From Clostridia bacterium (GTDB lineage: Bacteria > Bacillota > Clostridia > RGIG6154): a stretch of DNA of 64,000 nucleotides. The number at the start of each line of letters is the position of its first letter. Within the stretch, counting starts at the first letter, position 1. Positions 10,983-20,205 of this stretch are shown piece after piece. The stretch is taken from NCBI GenBank assembly GCA_045589295.1, contig JAZNOU010000002.1, positions 32,001 to 96,000 on the forward strand, written 5' to 3'. The translations under genes and the position numbers were made by a program. The notes below the pieces were generated by a model that did no database searches, was not told the origin of the DNA, and was given only the letters and a program-made list of their open reading frames with translations.

Positions 10983-11648
10983 ATGCAACAGCTTAACACC
11001 TCAGTACTCGGTAACAGACAAATTCCCAAAAATGTTGACGAGTTTTTTGAGGGCGCAAAAGAATTTAAAAATTTAATGATGATGTATAACTGTGCCATTA
11101 AAGAGGTTACGACAAAATTCGATATACTTAATGACGATATGGCGGCACGTTATAAAAGAAATCCTATTGAGGTTGTAAAATCGAGGGTTAAAAATCCTGA
11201 AAGTATTGTAAAAAAGCTTATTAAAAGAAAGCTTCCGGTTACACTTAATTCAGTTTCGGAAAATCTTAATGACGTAGCTGGAGTAAGAGTTATATGCTCA
11301 TTTGTTGATGATATATATAAGGTGCGTGAAATCTTTTTAAAGCAGGACGATGTAACCTTAATAGAAGAAAAGGACTATATTAAAAATCCAAAGCCAAATG
11401 GCTACAGAAGTTTTCATATGATTGTTGAAATACCCGTTTTTTTTGCAGATGAAAAAGTGCCAATTCGTGTTGAAGTGCAGTTTCGAACCATTGCAATGGA
11501 CTTTTGGGCATCACTGGAACACCAGATGAAATATAAAAAAGAAATTGCAAATGAAGACGAGGTTATTCAAAAGTTAAAAGAATGTGCAGATGTCATTGCT
11601 AAAACTGATCTTAAGATGCAGGAAATAAATGATATGATAAATAAATAA
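10983..11648 (+). CDS. small alarmone ((p)ppGpp) synthetase, RelP/RelQ type
   Basis: SRVK.PESI..K, DVAGVR, DYI.NPKPNGYRSFH, EVQFRTIAMDFWASLEH. Confidence 0.93.
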   Translation: MQQLNTSVLGNRQIPKNVDEFFEGAKEFKNLMMMYNCAIKEVTTKFDILNDDMAARYKRNPIEVVKSRVKNPESIVKKLIKRKLPVTLNSVSENLNDVAGVRVICSFVDDIYKVREIFLKQDDVTLIEEKDYIKNPKPNGYRSFHMIVEIPVFFADEKVPIRVEVQFRTIAMDFWASLEHQMKYKKEIANEDEVIQKLKECADVIAKTDLKMQEINDMINK

Positions 11649-11677
11649 AAAAGAGGATGAAAAGCATCCTCTTTTTT
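11647..11677. terminator. bidirectional terminator
   Basis: AAAAAAGAGGATG-AAAAG-CATCCTCTTTTTT. Confidence 0.8.
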
Positions 11678-11679
11678 AT

Positions 11680-12303
11680 TTATCGGTCGATACCTGTCAT
11701 TAACTTTACAGCTCGTTGCCACGCAGTGCGTTCTTCTTTTGTTAGTGCCTCTTCTTTAAAGCGGTAGTCAAACTTTCTTTGAATTTCTTCCAAGCAGGTT
11801 AGTGCGTGGGCAAGGTTTTTCTTTTGTACCTTGTCTAATTTTTCAATTAAGGCTTTGTCCTTGGTCATTGTTCTTAAAGCATTTAAGTGCGGTTTGCAAA
11901 GGCAGGTGTTTGTTTTATCAAACTTTTCAACAAATTCGTCAGAATTATTAAAAAATTCTAAAAACGCTTTCAAAAAGCTTTGGTTAGCTTCGTTTTCAAG
12001 GTCGCAAATAAGACAACCTTTTTTCTTTTTTCTATCAGAATTTTCAAGGTAGTCCTTGATTAAGTCTGCATAAATTATGCTGTGTCCCAGCGGGTCACCA
12101 TGGTTTAGCATTGCAATTGCGTGCTCTTTGCAAAAACCGCCATACTCTCGGATTATCTTTCTCATTTTTCTGTCATTTACACATTCATAAAAAAAGTTGT
12201 CAATGAACTTTGTCAGCCAGATTTTATGCATAATGCAAACAGGACAGTCCTCGTGGTCAAAATACTCAAGATAATCATAGTATTTCTGAGTTTTATAAAG
12301 CAT
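11680..12303 (-). CDS. DUF6062-like putative zinc-binding protein
   Basis: CPVC...FCKEH and CLIC...LCKPH; RKFDYRF. Confidence 0.7.
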   Translation of the reverse strand: MLYKTQKYYDYLEYFDHEDCPVCIMHKIWLTKFIDNFFYECVNDRKMRKIIREYGGFCKEHAIAMLNHGDPLGHSIIYADLIKDYLENSDRKKKKGCLICDLENEANQSFLKAFLEFFNNSDEFVEKFDKTNTCLCKPHLNALRTMTKDKALIEKLDKVQKKNLAHALTCLEEIQRKFDYRFKEEALTKEERTAWQRAVKLMTGIDR

Positions 12304-12363
12304 TGGAATCTCCTTTAAACATAAGCGGCAACAGGGTTACTGTTGCCGCACATTTTTATTTAA

Positions 12364-14184
12364 TTATTCTTTGGGAAGAATAACAATTGAGATTGCTTCT
12401 GAAGTGAAACCGTTCGATGTAATAACAGCTGTAATCAAAGAGCCTTCCTTAATGCTTGATAAAGTTTTTGATTTTTGTGTTTCTCCATCGATGATTGTGG
12501 CATTCTTCTTAACAAATACCTGTCTTGAATTTCCAGTTGATGTTTCAGCAAGCTGAATTAAATAGTAATTAGTATCAACAAACTCAACTACGCCTACAAC
12601 GTTTAATGTGTCAGGAGTTGCAACAGAGCTTACTTCAATTTTTGTGATTGTAGTGCTTTCCATTTTTACTTTTGCACTGTAGCCAAGTCTTAAACCATAA
12701 ACATCTGAAGCTTCACCATTAACAGTAACTTCAAGGCCAGCTGTTGTAAGTGCACATTCGAGATCACCTGAAGATGTTGTAAGTGTCATTGTAGGCTTAG
12801 AAGAAATAACAATTTCTTTAATTGTTCCCTCAACAGTTTTTGTTGCGCTTGTTGCGGTAACAGCGCTAATCTGATTGTAGGTAAGTGTAATGTTCACTCT
12901 GTCGCCAACCATAAGATCTGCGGCGGTTGCATTTGAACCGTTTCTCTTTACACTAACTGTTTTTGCCATAGAATAACTTGCTGCTTCGTTGTTAGAAAGG
13001 GTAACTATAATCTGTGAAGGATCGCCATATGTAAAGCTTTTAATTATGCCGCTTACAGTTTTGGTTTTATTTTCTGCAACAACAGATGCGCCTTTTCCAT
13101 CTTTAACAGTAACCTGAATGTAGCAATCTTTTTGAAGTTGTGCAAATGTTGAACTTACACCATTTATTGTAATTGTGCAGTCATCAGCCAATACAACTAC
13201 CTGAGAGTCAGAACCATCAGGAGATTTAACAGTAATCTTTTTAACATTTGATGATGAAACAGAACCTGAATAAATACCTGAAATTGTTTCATCTGGAATA
13301 CGTGTTAAAAACTCAACTAAAGCAACATTGCCTTTGTTTGCAACAACATTTACTTTAAAATCAGCGGCAACGCCGTTTATGTTAGATGCGATGTTACCAT
13401 CAATACGTAACGGGGTATCGCTTAAAACGTTAACTGTTTTTGATATTCCGCTTGCATCGGTGTATGTAACTGCATTTGTGATTTTGTTAACATCTGTAAC
13501 AGTACCTGTTGAATGTGTTGTTCCCAAATATTCCATTGCGCGATGGAGCATTACTGCCATCTGTGCACGTGTAACTTCAAAGTTTGGATTAAACTTATTG
13601 TCTTCCATACCCTGCATAAGACCTGTTGTTTCGCAGAATTCAACATAAGACTTAGCAGTAGCGGGGATAGAAGAAGAATCCTCATAAGATAAAACAGGCA
13701 TTGTGTTTGCTTTAGCAGTAGCTTCACCGCCTGCAATTTTTGTTATGATAATTGCGGCTTCATATCTCTTAAGAGGCGTAGAGCCTAATTTATTTCCAAT
13801 AAAGTTTTTGAGTTCGGCAGGTGTGTAAATGCCTTTGTATAACAAATATGCAAGATTTCTTTCATACGCAGTATACCCTAAAACATTAACGTCTGCATAG
13901 TTTGCCTCATATGCCGCGTCAACAAACTCAGAAAGTGAGCCTTCCGACGCTCCGGCAATTCTTGAAACCAAAAGAAGTGAATCAACGCGTGTAACAGAGT
14001 TTTCAGGGCGGAAAGTAGAGTCTTCGAAGCCTGCAATGATTTTCTTTGCAGCCATCTCTTCTATTTGTTCATAAGCCCATGAATATTTTGTGCTGCTTAC
14101 ATCAGGAAAGACAGCAGCAGATGCCACGATTGACGTAAAAACGAAAACGAGGCATAAAATCAATGAAAATAAGCGTTTGTTCAT
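12364..14184 (-). CDS. S-layer homology (SLH) domain surface protein with beta-rich repeats
   Basis: Signal peptide; FPDV..YSWA, GFEDSTFRPENSVTR, GMEDNKFNPNFEVTRAQMA; ATG 14184 after GGAGG. Confidence 0.88.
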   Translation of the reverse strand: MNKRLFSLILCLVFVFTSIVASAAVFPDVSSTKYSWAYEQIEEMAAKKIIAGFEDSTFRPENSVTRVDSLLLVSRIAGASEGSLSEFVDAAYEANYADVNVLGYTAYERNLAYLLYKGIYTPAELKNFIGNKLGSTPLKRYEAAIIITKIAGGEATAKANTMPVLSYEDSSSIPATAKSYVEFCETTGLMQGMEDNKFNPNFEVTRAQMAVMLHRAMEYLGTTHSTGTVTDVNKITNAVTYTDASGISKTVNVLSDTPLRIDGNIASNINGVAADFKVNVVANKGNVALVEFLTRIPDETISGIYSGSVSSSNVKKITVKSPDGSDSQVVVLADDCTITINGVSSTFAQLQKDCYIQVTVKDGKGASVVAENKTKTVSGIIKSFTYGDPSQIIVTLSNNEAASYSMAKTVSVKRNGSNATAADLMVGDRVNITLTYNQISAVTATSATKTVEGTIKEIVISSKPTMTLTTSSGDLECALTTAGLEVTVNGEASDVYGLRLGYSAKVKMESTTITKIEVSSVATPDTLNVVGVVEFVDTNYYLIQLAETSTGNSRQVFVKKNATIIDGETQKSKTLSSIKEGSLITAVITSNGFTSEAISIVILPKE

Positions 14185-14287
14185 TTTGTTAACCTCCAAA
14201 ACTTATAGTTTGCTATACAACTATATAATACCATATATTGTGTTTTATGGCAATAGATTTTTTCAAAATATTTTTAATATAGTTTTT

Positions 14288-14318
14288 GTATAAAGCAGGT
14301 ATTTTATGGGAAAAATTA
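14288..14318 (+). promoter_or_regulatory. sigma-F type promoter
   Basis: GTATA-15 bp-GGGAAAAATTA upstream of the SpoIIQ-like gene. Confidence 0.6.
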
Positions 14319-14346
14319 TAAAAAAAGCAAATGAGAGGTAGGGCAA

Positions 14347-15015
14347 ATGAAAAAGCTTATAAGAAGCAAGTGGTTTTATGCAGCTATGTTTATTTGTGCG
14401 TGCGCATTGACGGTAAATGTTTTCACAAAGATGGCGGTTAAAAGGATTGTCAATGAAAAAAGAAGTGAAATAGCTCAGCATAAAGTTATAGACACGAAAA
14501 CAGTATACGAAAATCAAAAGGATGAGGTATCCAACATAGTTAAAGTTGAAGAAGAGCAAGAAACGGAAGAAGTATCACAAGCACCTCAAACTTCAGATGA
14601 GCAGGATGAAAGTTTTTGTTATCCCGTAAATGGTGATATTTTAAACAAATTTTCTGGTTCAGAACTGGTTTATTCTGTGACATTAAAAGAATATCGTGTG
14701 CATAACGGAATAGATATAAAGGCGCCTATGCTTTCGCAGGTTTATGCAGTAAAGGACGGCAAGGTTGATAGTATAAAAAAAGATGGACTAATGGGAAACA
14801 CAATTGTAATTGACCATCTCAATGGCTATAAGTCGGTTTACTCAAATCTTTCATCTGCCGATATGGTAAAAGAGGGGCAAAGTGTAAAAAAGGGTGAGAT
14901 AATAAGCGGCGTGGGTGATACAGCTCTGATAGAAACAGGAATAGATGCACATCTTCATTTTGAGCTTATAAAAGATGGTATTCAGGTTAATCCGGAAGAA
15001 TATTTAAATAATTAA
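14347..15015 (+). CDS. membrane-anchored M23 peptidase, SpoIIQ-like
   Basis: N-terminal TM, YSVTLKEYRVHNGIDI, HLHFE; sigma-F-like promoter. Confidence 0.75.
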   Translation: MKKLIRSKWFYAAMFICACALTVNVFTKMAVKRIVNEKRSEIAQHKVIDTKTVYENQKDEVSNIVKVEEEQETEEVSQAPQTSDEQDESFCYPVNGDILNKFSGSELVYSVTLKEYRVHNGIDIKAPMLSQVYAVKDGKVDSIKKDGLMGNTIVIDHLNGYKSVYSNLSSADMVKEGQSVKKGEIISGVGDTALIETGIDAHLHFELIKDGIQVNPEEYLNN

Positions 15016-15042
15016 AAAAATCCGCCAACGGCGGATTTTTTT
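15014..15042. terminator. bidirectional terminator
   Basis: AAAAAAATCCGCC-AAC-GGCGGATTTTTTT. Confidence 0.8.
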
Positions 15043-15043
15043 A

Positions 15044-15898
15044 TCAATAAAAGTTTTCTACAAAAACTTTACTTGTTTTTTCACGATTTAAAACTACAAA
15101 GTTTCCTGCCAGGTCATAAGGAAGTTCTATATTTTTAAATTCAGGGTTGTCCATTTTTGAAATAAGAACAGCATAGTTTTTAGCATCGGCTAAGCTGAGA
15201 CTTGACTTAATATTGTTGTTGATTGCAGCATAAACCTTGGGAACAGAAGCAATATATTTTGCATTTGCTTTTTGTTCAAACAGTGTCTGCATAAAATCAC
15301 GTTGAACCTTTGTTCTTTGTATATCACCCATTGGATAACTTCTGAAACGTAAGAGCTGCAAGCTCTTATCGCCATTTAAAATTTGCTGGCCTTTTCTTAA
15401 GTTAATATAAAGGTCTTGCTCCGGGTCTTGGTAATACATATTTTGAGGAACGTAAAAATCAACACCTCCAACAGCATCAATCACATCTTCTACTGCTTTG
15501 AAATTGAAAGTCACGTAATCATGAACCTGTAGTCCGGTAAGTTCTTTTATTTTTGAAACTATTACGCTTTCTCCGCCGTACGCCATTGCCTCTGTAATCT
15601 TGATATAACTGCCTTTTACATTAACTCTTGTGTCCCTTGGTATAGAGGTGCACGCAATGGTGCCTTTTTTTGAAGAAACTGAAAATACCATTATAACATC
15701 GGCGTGGAGTCCGCTTTTATCAGTGCCCATTATAACAATGTTTTTTGTTTGATTAGGCACGGCTTTGTCAAGAATTGCAATTTCTTCGCCGGAGCCTATA
15801 TTTGAATTATAAATATAAGTTAAACCTGCAGTAAAAAAAACAACTAACAAGATAATTGTTGACAGGGAAAATACTGTAATAAACTTTTTGATGTTCAC
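15044..15898 (-). CDS. LytR-CpsA-Psr (LCP) family protein
   Basis: MGTD, SIPRDT, VIDAVGGV, LRFR, GDIQR..VQ. Confidence 0.9.
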   Translation of the reverse strand: MNIKKFITVFSLSTIILLVVFFTAGLTYIYNSNIGSGEEIAILDKAVPNQTKNIVIMGTDKSGLHADVIMVFSVSSKKGTIACTSIPRDTRVNVKGSYIKITEAMAYGGESVIVSKIKELTGLQVHDYVTFNFKAVEDVIDAVGGVDFYVPQNMYYQDPEQDLYINLRKGQQILNGDKSLQLLRFRSYPMGDIQRTKVQRDFMQTLFEQKANAKYIASVPKVYAAINNNIKSSLSLADAKNYAVLISKMDNPEFKNIELPYDLAGNFVVLNREKTSKVFVENFY

Positions 15899-15929
15899 TA
15901 TAACGCAAAACCTTTCGTAATTTTAATAG

Positions 15930-15962
15930 AAAAAGCACTTCCTGTTAGAGAAGTGCTTTTTT
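15930..15962 (-). terminator. terminator of tRNA-Thr/Tyr
   Basis: AAAAAGCACTTC-loop-GAAGTGCTTTTT. Confidence 0.75.
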
Positions 15963-15963
15963 C

Positions 15964-16048
15964 TGGTGGGAGAGGGTGGATTCGAACCACCGAAGGCATA
16001 GCCAGCAGATTTACAGTCTGTCCCCTTTGGCCACTCGGGAACTCTCCC
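15964..16048 (-). tRNA. tRNA-Tyr(GTA)
   Basis: Reverse complement GGGAGAGTTCCCGAGTGGCCAAAGGGGACAGACTGTAAATCTG...GGTTCGAATCC...CCCACCA. Confidence 0.97.
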
Positions 16049-16055
16049 AAATTAA

Positions 16056-16131
16056 TGGAGCTGGTGATGGGACTCGAACCCGCAACCTGCTGATTACAAA
16101 TCAGCTGCTCTGCCAATTGAGCTACACCAGC
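16056..16131 (-). tRNA. tRNA-Thr(TGT)
   Basis: Reverse complement GCTGGTGTAGCTCAATTGGCAGAGCAGCTGATTTGTAATCAG...GGTTCGAGTCC...CAGCTCCA. Confidence 0.97.
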
Positions 16132-16191
16132 TTTTAAACAACTTGAAAAATGCACCTTTTAACTTGCGCTTTTTTTCAAATCGCAAGATAT

Positions 16192-16220
16192 ATTGTAATA
16201 CATTATGATGAGTTTGTCAA
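16192..16220 (-). promoter_or_regulatory. sigma-A promoter for tRNA-Thr/Tyr
   Basis: Minus strand TTGACA-17 bp-TACAAT. Confidence 0.75.
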
Positions 16221-16255
16221 TACTTTTTTTTAAAAAAAGTTATATTTTTTTGTAA

Positions 16256-17422
16256 TTATTTATTTAAAGCAGTAATTGCGGCTTTGAGCTGCAAATCGTC
16301 CTGCCTTGGTAATTCGGAAATTTCGACGCTTTCGTACTTTTCATCCAAAGAAATCTCTATATCAGGTTTGACTCCCGACTTGTCGATTTTTGTGCCGTTT
16401 GGCGAGTAAAAATGACCTATTGTGAGTTTAACCCCGCTATTGTCTTTAAATGAGAATGTGGTTTGTATAGAGCCTTTGCCGTAAGTGTTAACACCGACAA
16501 TTTTAGCTCTTCCGTGGTCTTTTAAGGCAGCTGAAAAAATTTCAGATGCACTTGCACTGTTTTCGTTTACAAGCACAGCCATAGGTGTTTTAAGCAAAAA
16601 TTCATCACTTAAACCTGTTTTATTTTTGTCAGTTGCAGAGTAATCATTTTCGTAGTCTTTATACTTTGCAGTAACAATCACGCCGTCGTTTATAAAAAGG
16701 TCAATGGTGTTTATTGCAACATCCATATACCCGCCCAGGTTGTTTCTTATGTCGATAATAAGTTTTTTACAGTCGCTTAATTTTACGAGCGCATCGATAA
16801 GTTCTTTGTCTGTGTTAACATCAAAACCTGTCATACGGATATAACCTGTATTTCCGTCAAGTTTTTCAAAAGAAACCGTATGCATGCTTATAGGAGCTCG
16901 AACTACGTTAAAGTCCATAGCCTGTTCGTTTCTTTTTACTGAAATTTTGACAGTTGTTCCTTCTTCGCCTAAAATACGCTTGGTAACTTCTGCGAGTGTG
17001 CTGCCTTTTGAAGGAATGTCGTCAACGGCTTCAATAATATCGCCCTTTTTAAGTCCTGCTTTTTGTGCAGGGGAGTCATCATTAATTTCAATAATAACTG
17101 CTTTTTTGTTTTTATTTTGAATTGTAGCACCAATGCCTACATATTCACCTGACAAGCTGTCACTAAAATAGTCAAATCCGTACTCGGAGGTGATGTATAC
17201 AGAGTGTTCATCATTGAGTGCATTAACCATTCCCATTTTTGCGCCTTCGGAAAGAATATTTTTATCAACATCTTCAACATAGTGTTTGTTTATCAAGGCT
17301 TTAAGTAACAGTTCAGAACCGCCGTAATGTTGAAGGGTAAGAAAATAAGTGACCAAGGCGGTTATAACAATAACTGCAAAATATTTTAAGAAAGTCTTTA
17401 ATTTAGTCGATTTCAAAATCAA
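16256..17422 (-). CDS. ctpA: carboxyl-terminal processing protease (S41A, PDZ)
   Basis: GIGA PDZ entry, DIRNNLGG, SASASE, TYGKGSIQ. Confidence 0.9.
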   Translation of the reverse strand: MILKSTKLKTFLKYFAVIVITALVTYFLTLQHYGGSELLLKALINKHYVEDVDKNILSEGAKMGMVNALNDEHSVYITSEYGFDYFSDSLSGEYVGIGATIQNKNKKAVIIEINDDSPAQKAGLKKGDIIEAVDDIPSKGSTLAEVTKRILGEEGTTVKISVKRNEQAMDFNVVRAPISMHTVSFEKLDGNTGYIRMTGFDVNTDKELIDALVKLSDCKKLIIDIRNNLGGYMDVAINTIDLFINDGVIVTAKYKDYENDYSATDKNKTGLSDEFLLKTPMAVLVNENSASASEIFSAALKDHGRAKIVGVNTYGKGSIQTTFSFKDNSGVKLTIGHFYSPNGTKIDKSGVKPDIEISLDEKYESVEISELPRQDDLQLKAAITALNK

Positions 17423-17464
17423 GCCCCCTGAGATAAAAAACTACAAGACAATTTTATTGCTAAT

Positions 17465-18622
17465 TTATTTAAGATATGCCATAGGATCGGTAGACGAACC
17501 ATTCAATAAAACTTCAAAATGTGAGTGCGGACCTGTTGAAAAACCAGTGCTTCCTACCTTGGCAATGGTTTGTCCGCGTACAACCTGCTGACCAACAGAA
17601 ACTAAGTTTGATGTGTGGTGGGCATAAAGTGTACTTAAACCGTTGCCGTGATTAATTACAATGTAATTTCCGTATGCAGAACTATACTGCGAGGTAACAA
17701 CTAATCCGTCTTCTGCGGCAACAACAGTCGCATTTTTAGGTGCAGCTATATCAATTCCTGTATGGAGTTTATAAACTTTTAAAGTCGGATGAATCCTGTA
17801 GCCGTAAGGGCTTGTTATCGTAGAATATCCCGGTGTAGGCCATGCAAGCTTTCCACCTGAATAGCTAGCTCCGCCTGAACCTGAACTTCTTAAAGTAGCA
17901 GCGATTTGTGCCTTTAATGAGGCTTCTTCACGTTCAAATGCGGCATAAGCCTCTTTGTAGGATTCTATATCATCTTTAAGTTTTGAAATTGTACCTTGCA
18001 ATTCCGCGTCAAGAGAATTTAATTGCTTTTTCTTTTCGATGACAGCATTTTGTTTTTCTTCGTATTCTTCTTTTTCAAGCTCAATTTGAATTTTGGCATC
18101 CTCAATGGTGTTTTTGGTTTCCATTAAGTTGTCATACATATTATTATCGTAATTTAAAAGCTGTTTTATGAGTTCGGCATAAGAAAAAATATCGGAAAGA
18201 TTTTCACCTGAAAATAACAAAGTTATGTAAGATGATGAATTATCTTCATACATAGTACGAAGTCTTACTTTCATAGTTTCGTACTGAAGCTCGGCCTTTT
18301 CTTCAGCTTCTTTTAATTCAATTTCTTTTTGAGCGATGCGCTCTTTTGCATCATCGATATCTTTTTGAATATCATCAATTTCTGACTGTGCAGATGCAAT
18401 TTTTGTTTCTAAAGCACTTTTTTCATCCAGCGCATTTTGCTGTTTTTTTTGTGCTTCATTAATTTTTTGCTGTTGTTCGGCTTTTTTCTTAGAAACTGCA
18501 TCTATGTCGCTTTGAGTAGGTGCGGCTGATGCGATAAATGGCACAACTGCGGAAAAAAGTGCGATGCCTATAAAACAAACTAAAATTATGATTGCAACAA
18601 ATTTTTTGAGTGTTAAATTCAT
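17465..18622 (-). CDS. coiled-coil + M23 murein hydrolase/activator (EnvC-like)
   Basis: Signal peptide, long coiled coil, HTGIDI, TLYAH, GPHSHFE; follows ftsEX. Confidence 0.9.
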   Translation of the reverse strand: MNLTLKKFVAIIILVCFIGIALFSAVVPFIASAAPTQSDIDAVSKKKAEQQQKINEAQKKQQNALDEKSALETKIASAQSEIDDIQKDIDDAKERIAQKEIELKEAEEKAELQYETMKVRLRTMYEDNSSSYITLLFSGENLSDIFSYAELIKQLLNYDNNMYDNLMETKNTIEDAKIQIELEKEEYEEKQNAVIEKKKQLNSLDAELQGTISKLKDDIESYKEAYAAFEREEASLKAQIAATLRSSGSGGASYSGGKLAWPTPGYSTITSPYGYRIHPTLKVYKLHTGIDIAAPKNATVVAAEDGLVVTSQYSSAYGNYIVINHGNGLSTLYAHHTSNLVSVGQQVVRGQTIAKVGSTGFSTGPHSHFEVLLNGSSTDPMAYLK

Positions 18623-18636
18623 AAGCTGCCTCCCCG

Positions 18637-19518
18637 TTATACTTTAAGATGTTTTCTGAGAGAGAATATACTTCCCACAGCACCTATTACAACACCGACT
18701 GCTAAAAATGAGAGTCCAAGATAAGCCCATACTGCCCCGAATGGAAGGAGTGTAAACATTGTAATTGAGTTATTGACGCAAACGCAAGTGTACGCAATCC
18801 ACATAATCAAAAAGCATAATACTGCTCCATAAATACCTATTATTATACCTTCAATAACAAAAGGCCATCTGATAAACCAGTCGGTAGCACCTACATATTT
18901 CATTATGTTTATCTCTCTTCTTCTTGCGTAAACCGAAACCTTTATCGAGTTTGCTACAATGAAGCCTGAAATAATGAGAAGTATTGCCATAAGCCACAAA
19001 CTTGCGGCTTTTATGGTGTCTGCAATTTTCACAATTATAGCGGCAGATTCCTGCAAATCAGTAATATTTTCTATGCCACTAATTTTTTTAAGGTGAGAAA
19101 TTACGGTTTTAGTTTCGTTCAAATCCGAAAGTGTTATTTTATACGAGTTTCTGAAAGGGTTGTCGTGCTCTAAGCCATCTAAAATATTTGCCTTTTCTTT
19201 AAGCTTTATGCGCATTTCTTCAAATATCTGTATTTTTGTATATTTTTCAATTTCTTCAACTTGTTCAATCTTTAAAATTTTACTGCCCAAAGCATCATAT
19301 TCTTCGTCAGAAAGGTCATCTGAGATAAACACCTGAATCTGGCAGCTTCTTGAAAAATCATCTACCCAATGGTTGACATTTAATGTAAGCAGTATAAAAA
19401 CTCCCAAGATAAAGAGTGCTGCCAAGGTAGTAGTAACAGAAGCTATGCTCATAAGTTTGTTCTGACGAAAGCTTTTTAAGGCTTGTTTTATGTAATAACT
19501 CAAATGATTAATTCTCAT
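18637..19518 (-). CDS. ftsX: cell division permease FtsX
   Basis: RRREINIMKYVGATDWFIRWPFVIEG; likely ATG 19518 overlapping the end of ftsE. Confidence 0.93.
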   Translation of the reverse strand: MRINHLSYYIKQALKSFRQNKLMSIASVTTTLAALFILGVFILLTLNVNHWVDDFSRSCQIQVFISDDLSDEEYDALGSKILKIEQVEEIEKYTKIQIFEEMRIKLKEKANILDGLEHDNPFRNSYKITLSDLNETKTVISHLKKISGIENITDLQESAAIIVKIADTIKAASLWLMAILLIISGFIVANSIKVSVYARRREINIMKYVGATDWFIRWPFVIEGIIIGIYGAVLCFLIMWIAYTCVCVNNSITMFTLLPFGAVWAYLGLSFLAVGVVIGAVGSIFSLRKHLKV

Positions 19519-20194
19519 AGCCGTACACACCCTTCTCTTCATCTCTTACAATAGTTCCGTTTTCTATTGCAATAACACGTTTTTGCATATCATCAACTAT
19601 TTCTTTTGCGTGGGTAGCAACAATGACCGTAGTGCCTTTTTTGTTGATTTCGTCCAAAAGCTCCATTATTTCGTGCGCAGTTTCTGGGTCTAAATTTCCT
19701 GTAGGCTCGTCTGCAACTAAAATAGAGGGGTTGTTGATAATTGCTCTTGCAATTGCTACACGTTGCTTTTCACCGCCTGAAAGTTGAGACGGATAAGCTT
19801 TTGCACGGCTCTGAAGACCAACCTGGTTTAAAATTACAGGGATTTTTTTTCTTTTAAGTCTTTTTGAGGCACCAACAATTGTCATTGCGAATTCTACGTT
19901 TTCATACACGGTCATATCTTCTAAAAGTCTGAAATCCTGGAATACAACACCCAGTCCGCGTCTGAAAAATGGAATTTCCTTGTGCTTTAGACTGGCAATG
20001 TTTACGTTGTTCATTATAAACTCACCCTCTGTCGGCACAGTTTCACGCAGAAACATTTTGATAAGTGTGGATTTACCAGCACCTGATGCACCTACCAAAA
20101 ATACAAATTCGCCTTTTTCTATTATAAAGTTAACATTTCTTAAAACTTCGTTTCCTTCTTCGTATCGTTTTGAGACATTTCGTGCAATAATCAA
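19508..20194 (-). CDS. ftsE: cell division ATP-binding protein FtsE
   Basis: GASGAGKST, VFQDFRLL, LSGGEKQR, ADEPTGNLDP. Confidence 0.96.
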   Translation of the reverse strand: MIIARNVSKRYEEGNEVLRNVNFIIEKGEFVFLVGASGAGKSTLIKMFLRETVPTEGEFIMNNVNIASLKHKEIPFFRRGLGVVFQDFRLLEDMTVYENVEFAMTIVGASKRLKRKKIPVILNQVGLQSRAKAYPSQLSGGEKQRVAIARAIINNPSILVADEPTGNLDPETAHEIMELLDEINKKGTTVIVATHAKEIVDDMQKRVIAIENGTIVRDEEKGVYGYEN

Positions 20195-20205
20195 AAAATC
20201 AACTC

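Noticed and set aside
15898-16155. 85-aa ORF on the minus strand
   Set aside because: It is a translation of tRNA-Thr and tRNA-Tyr
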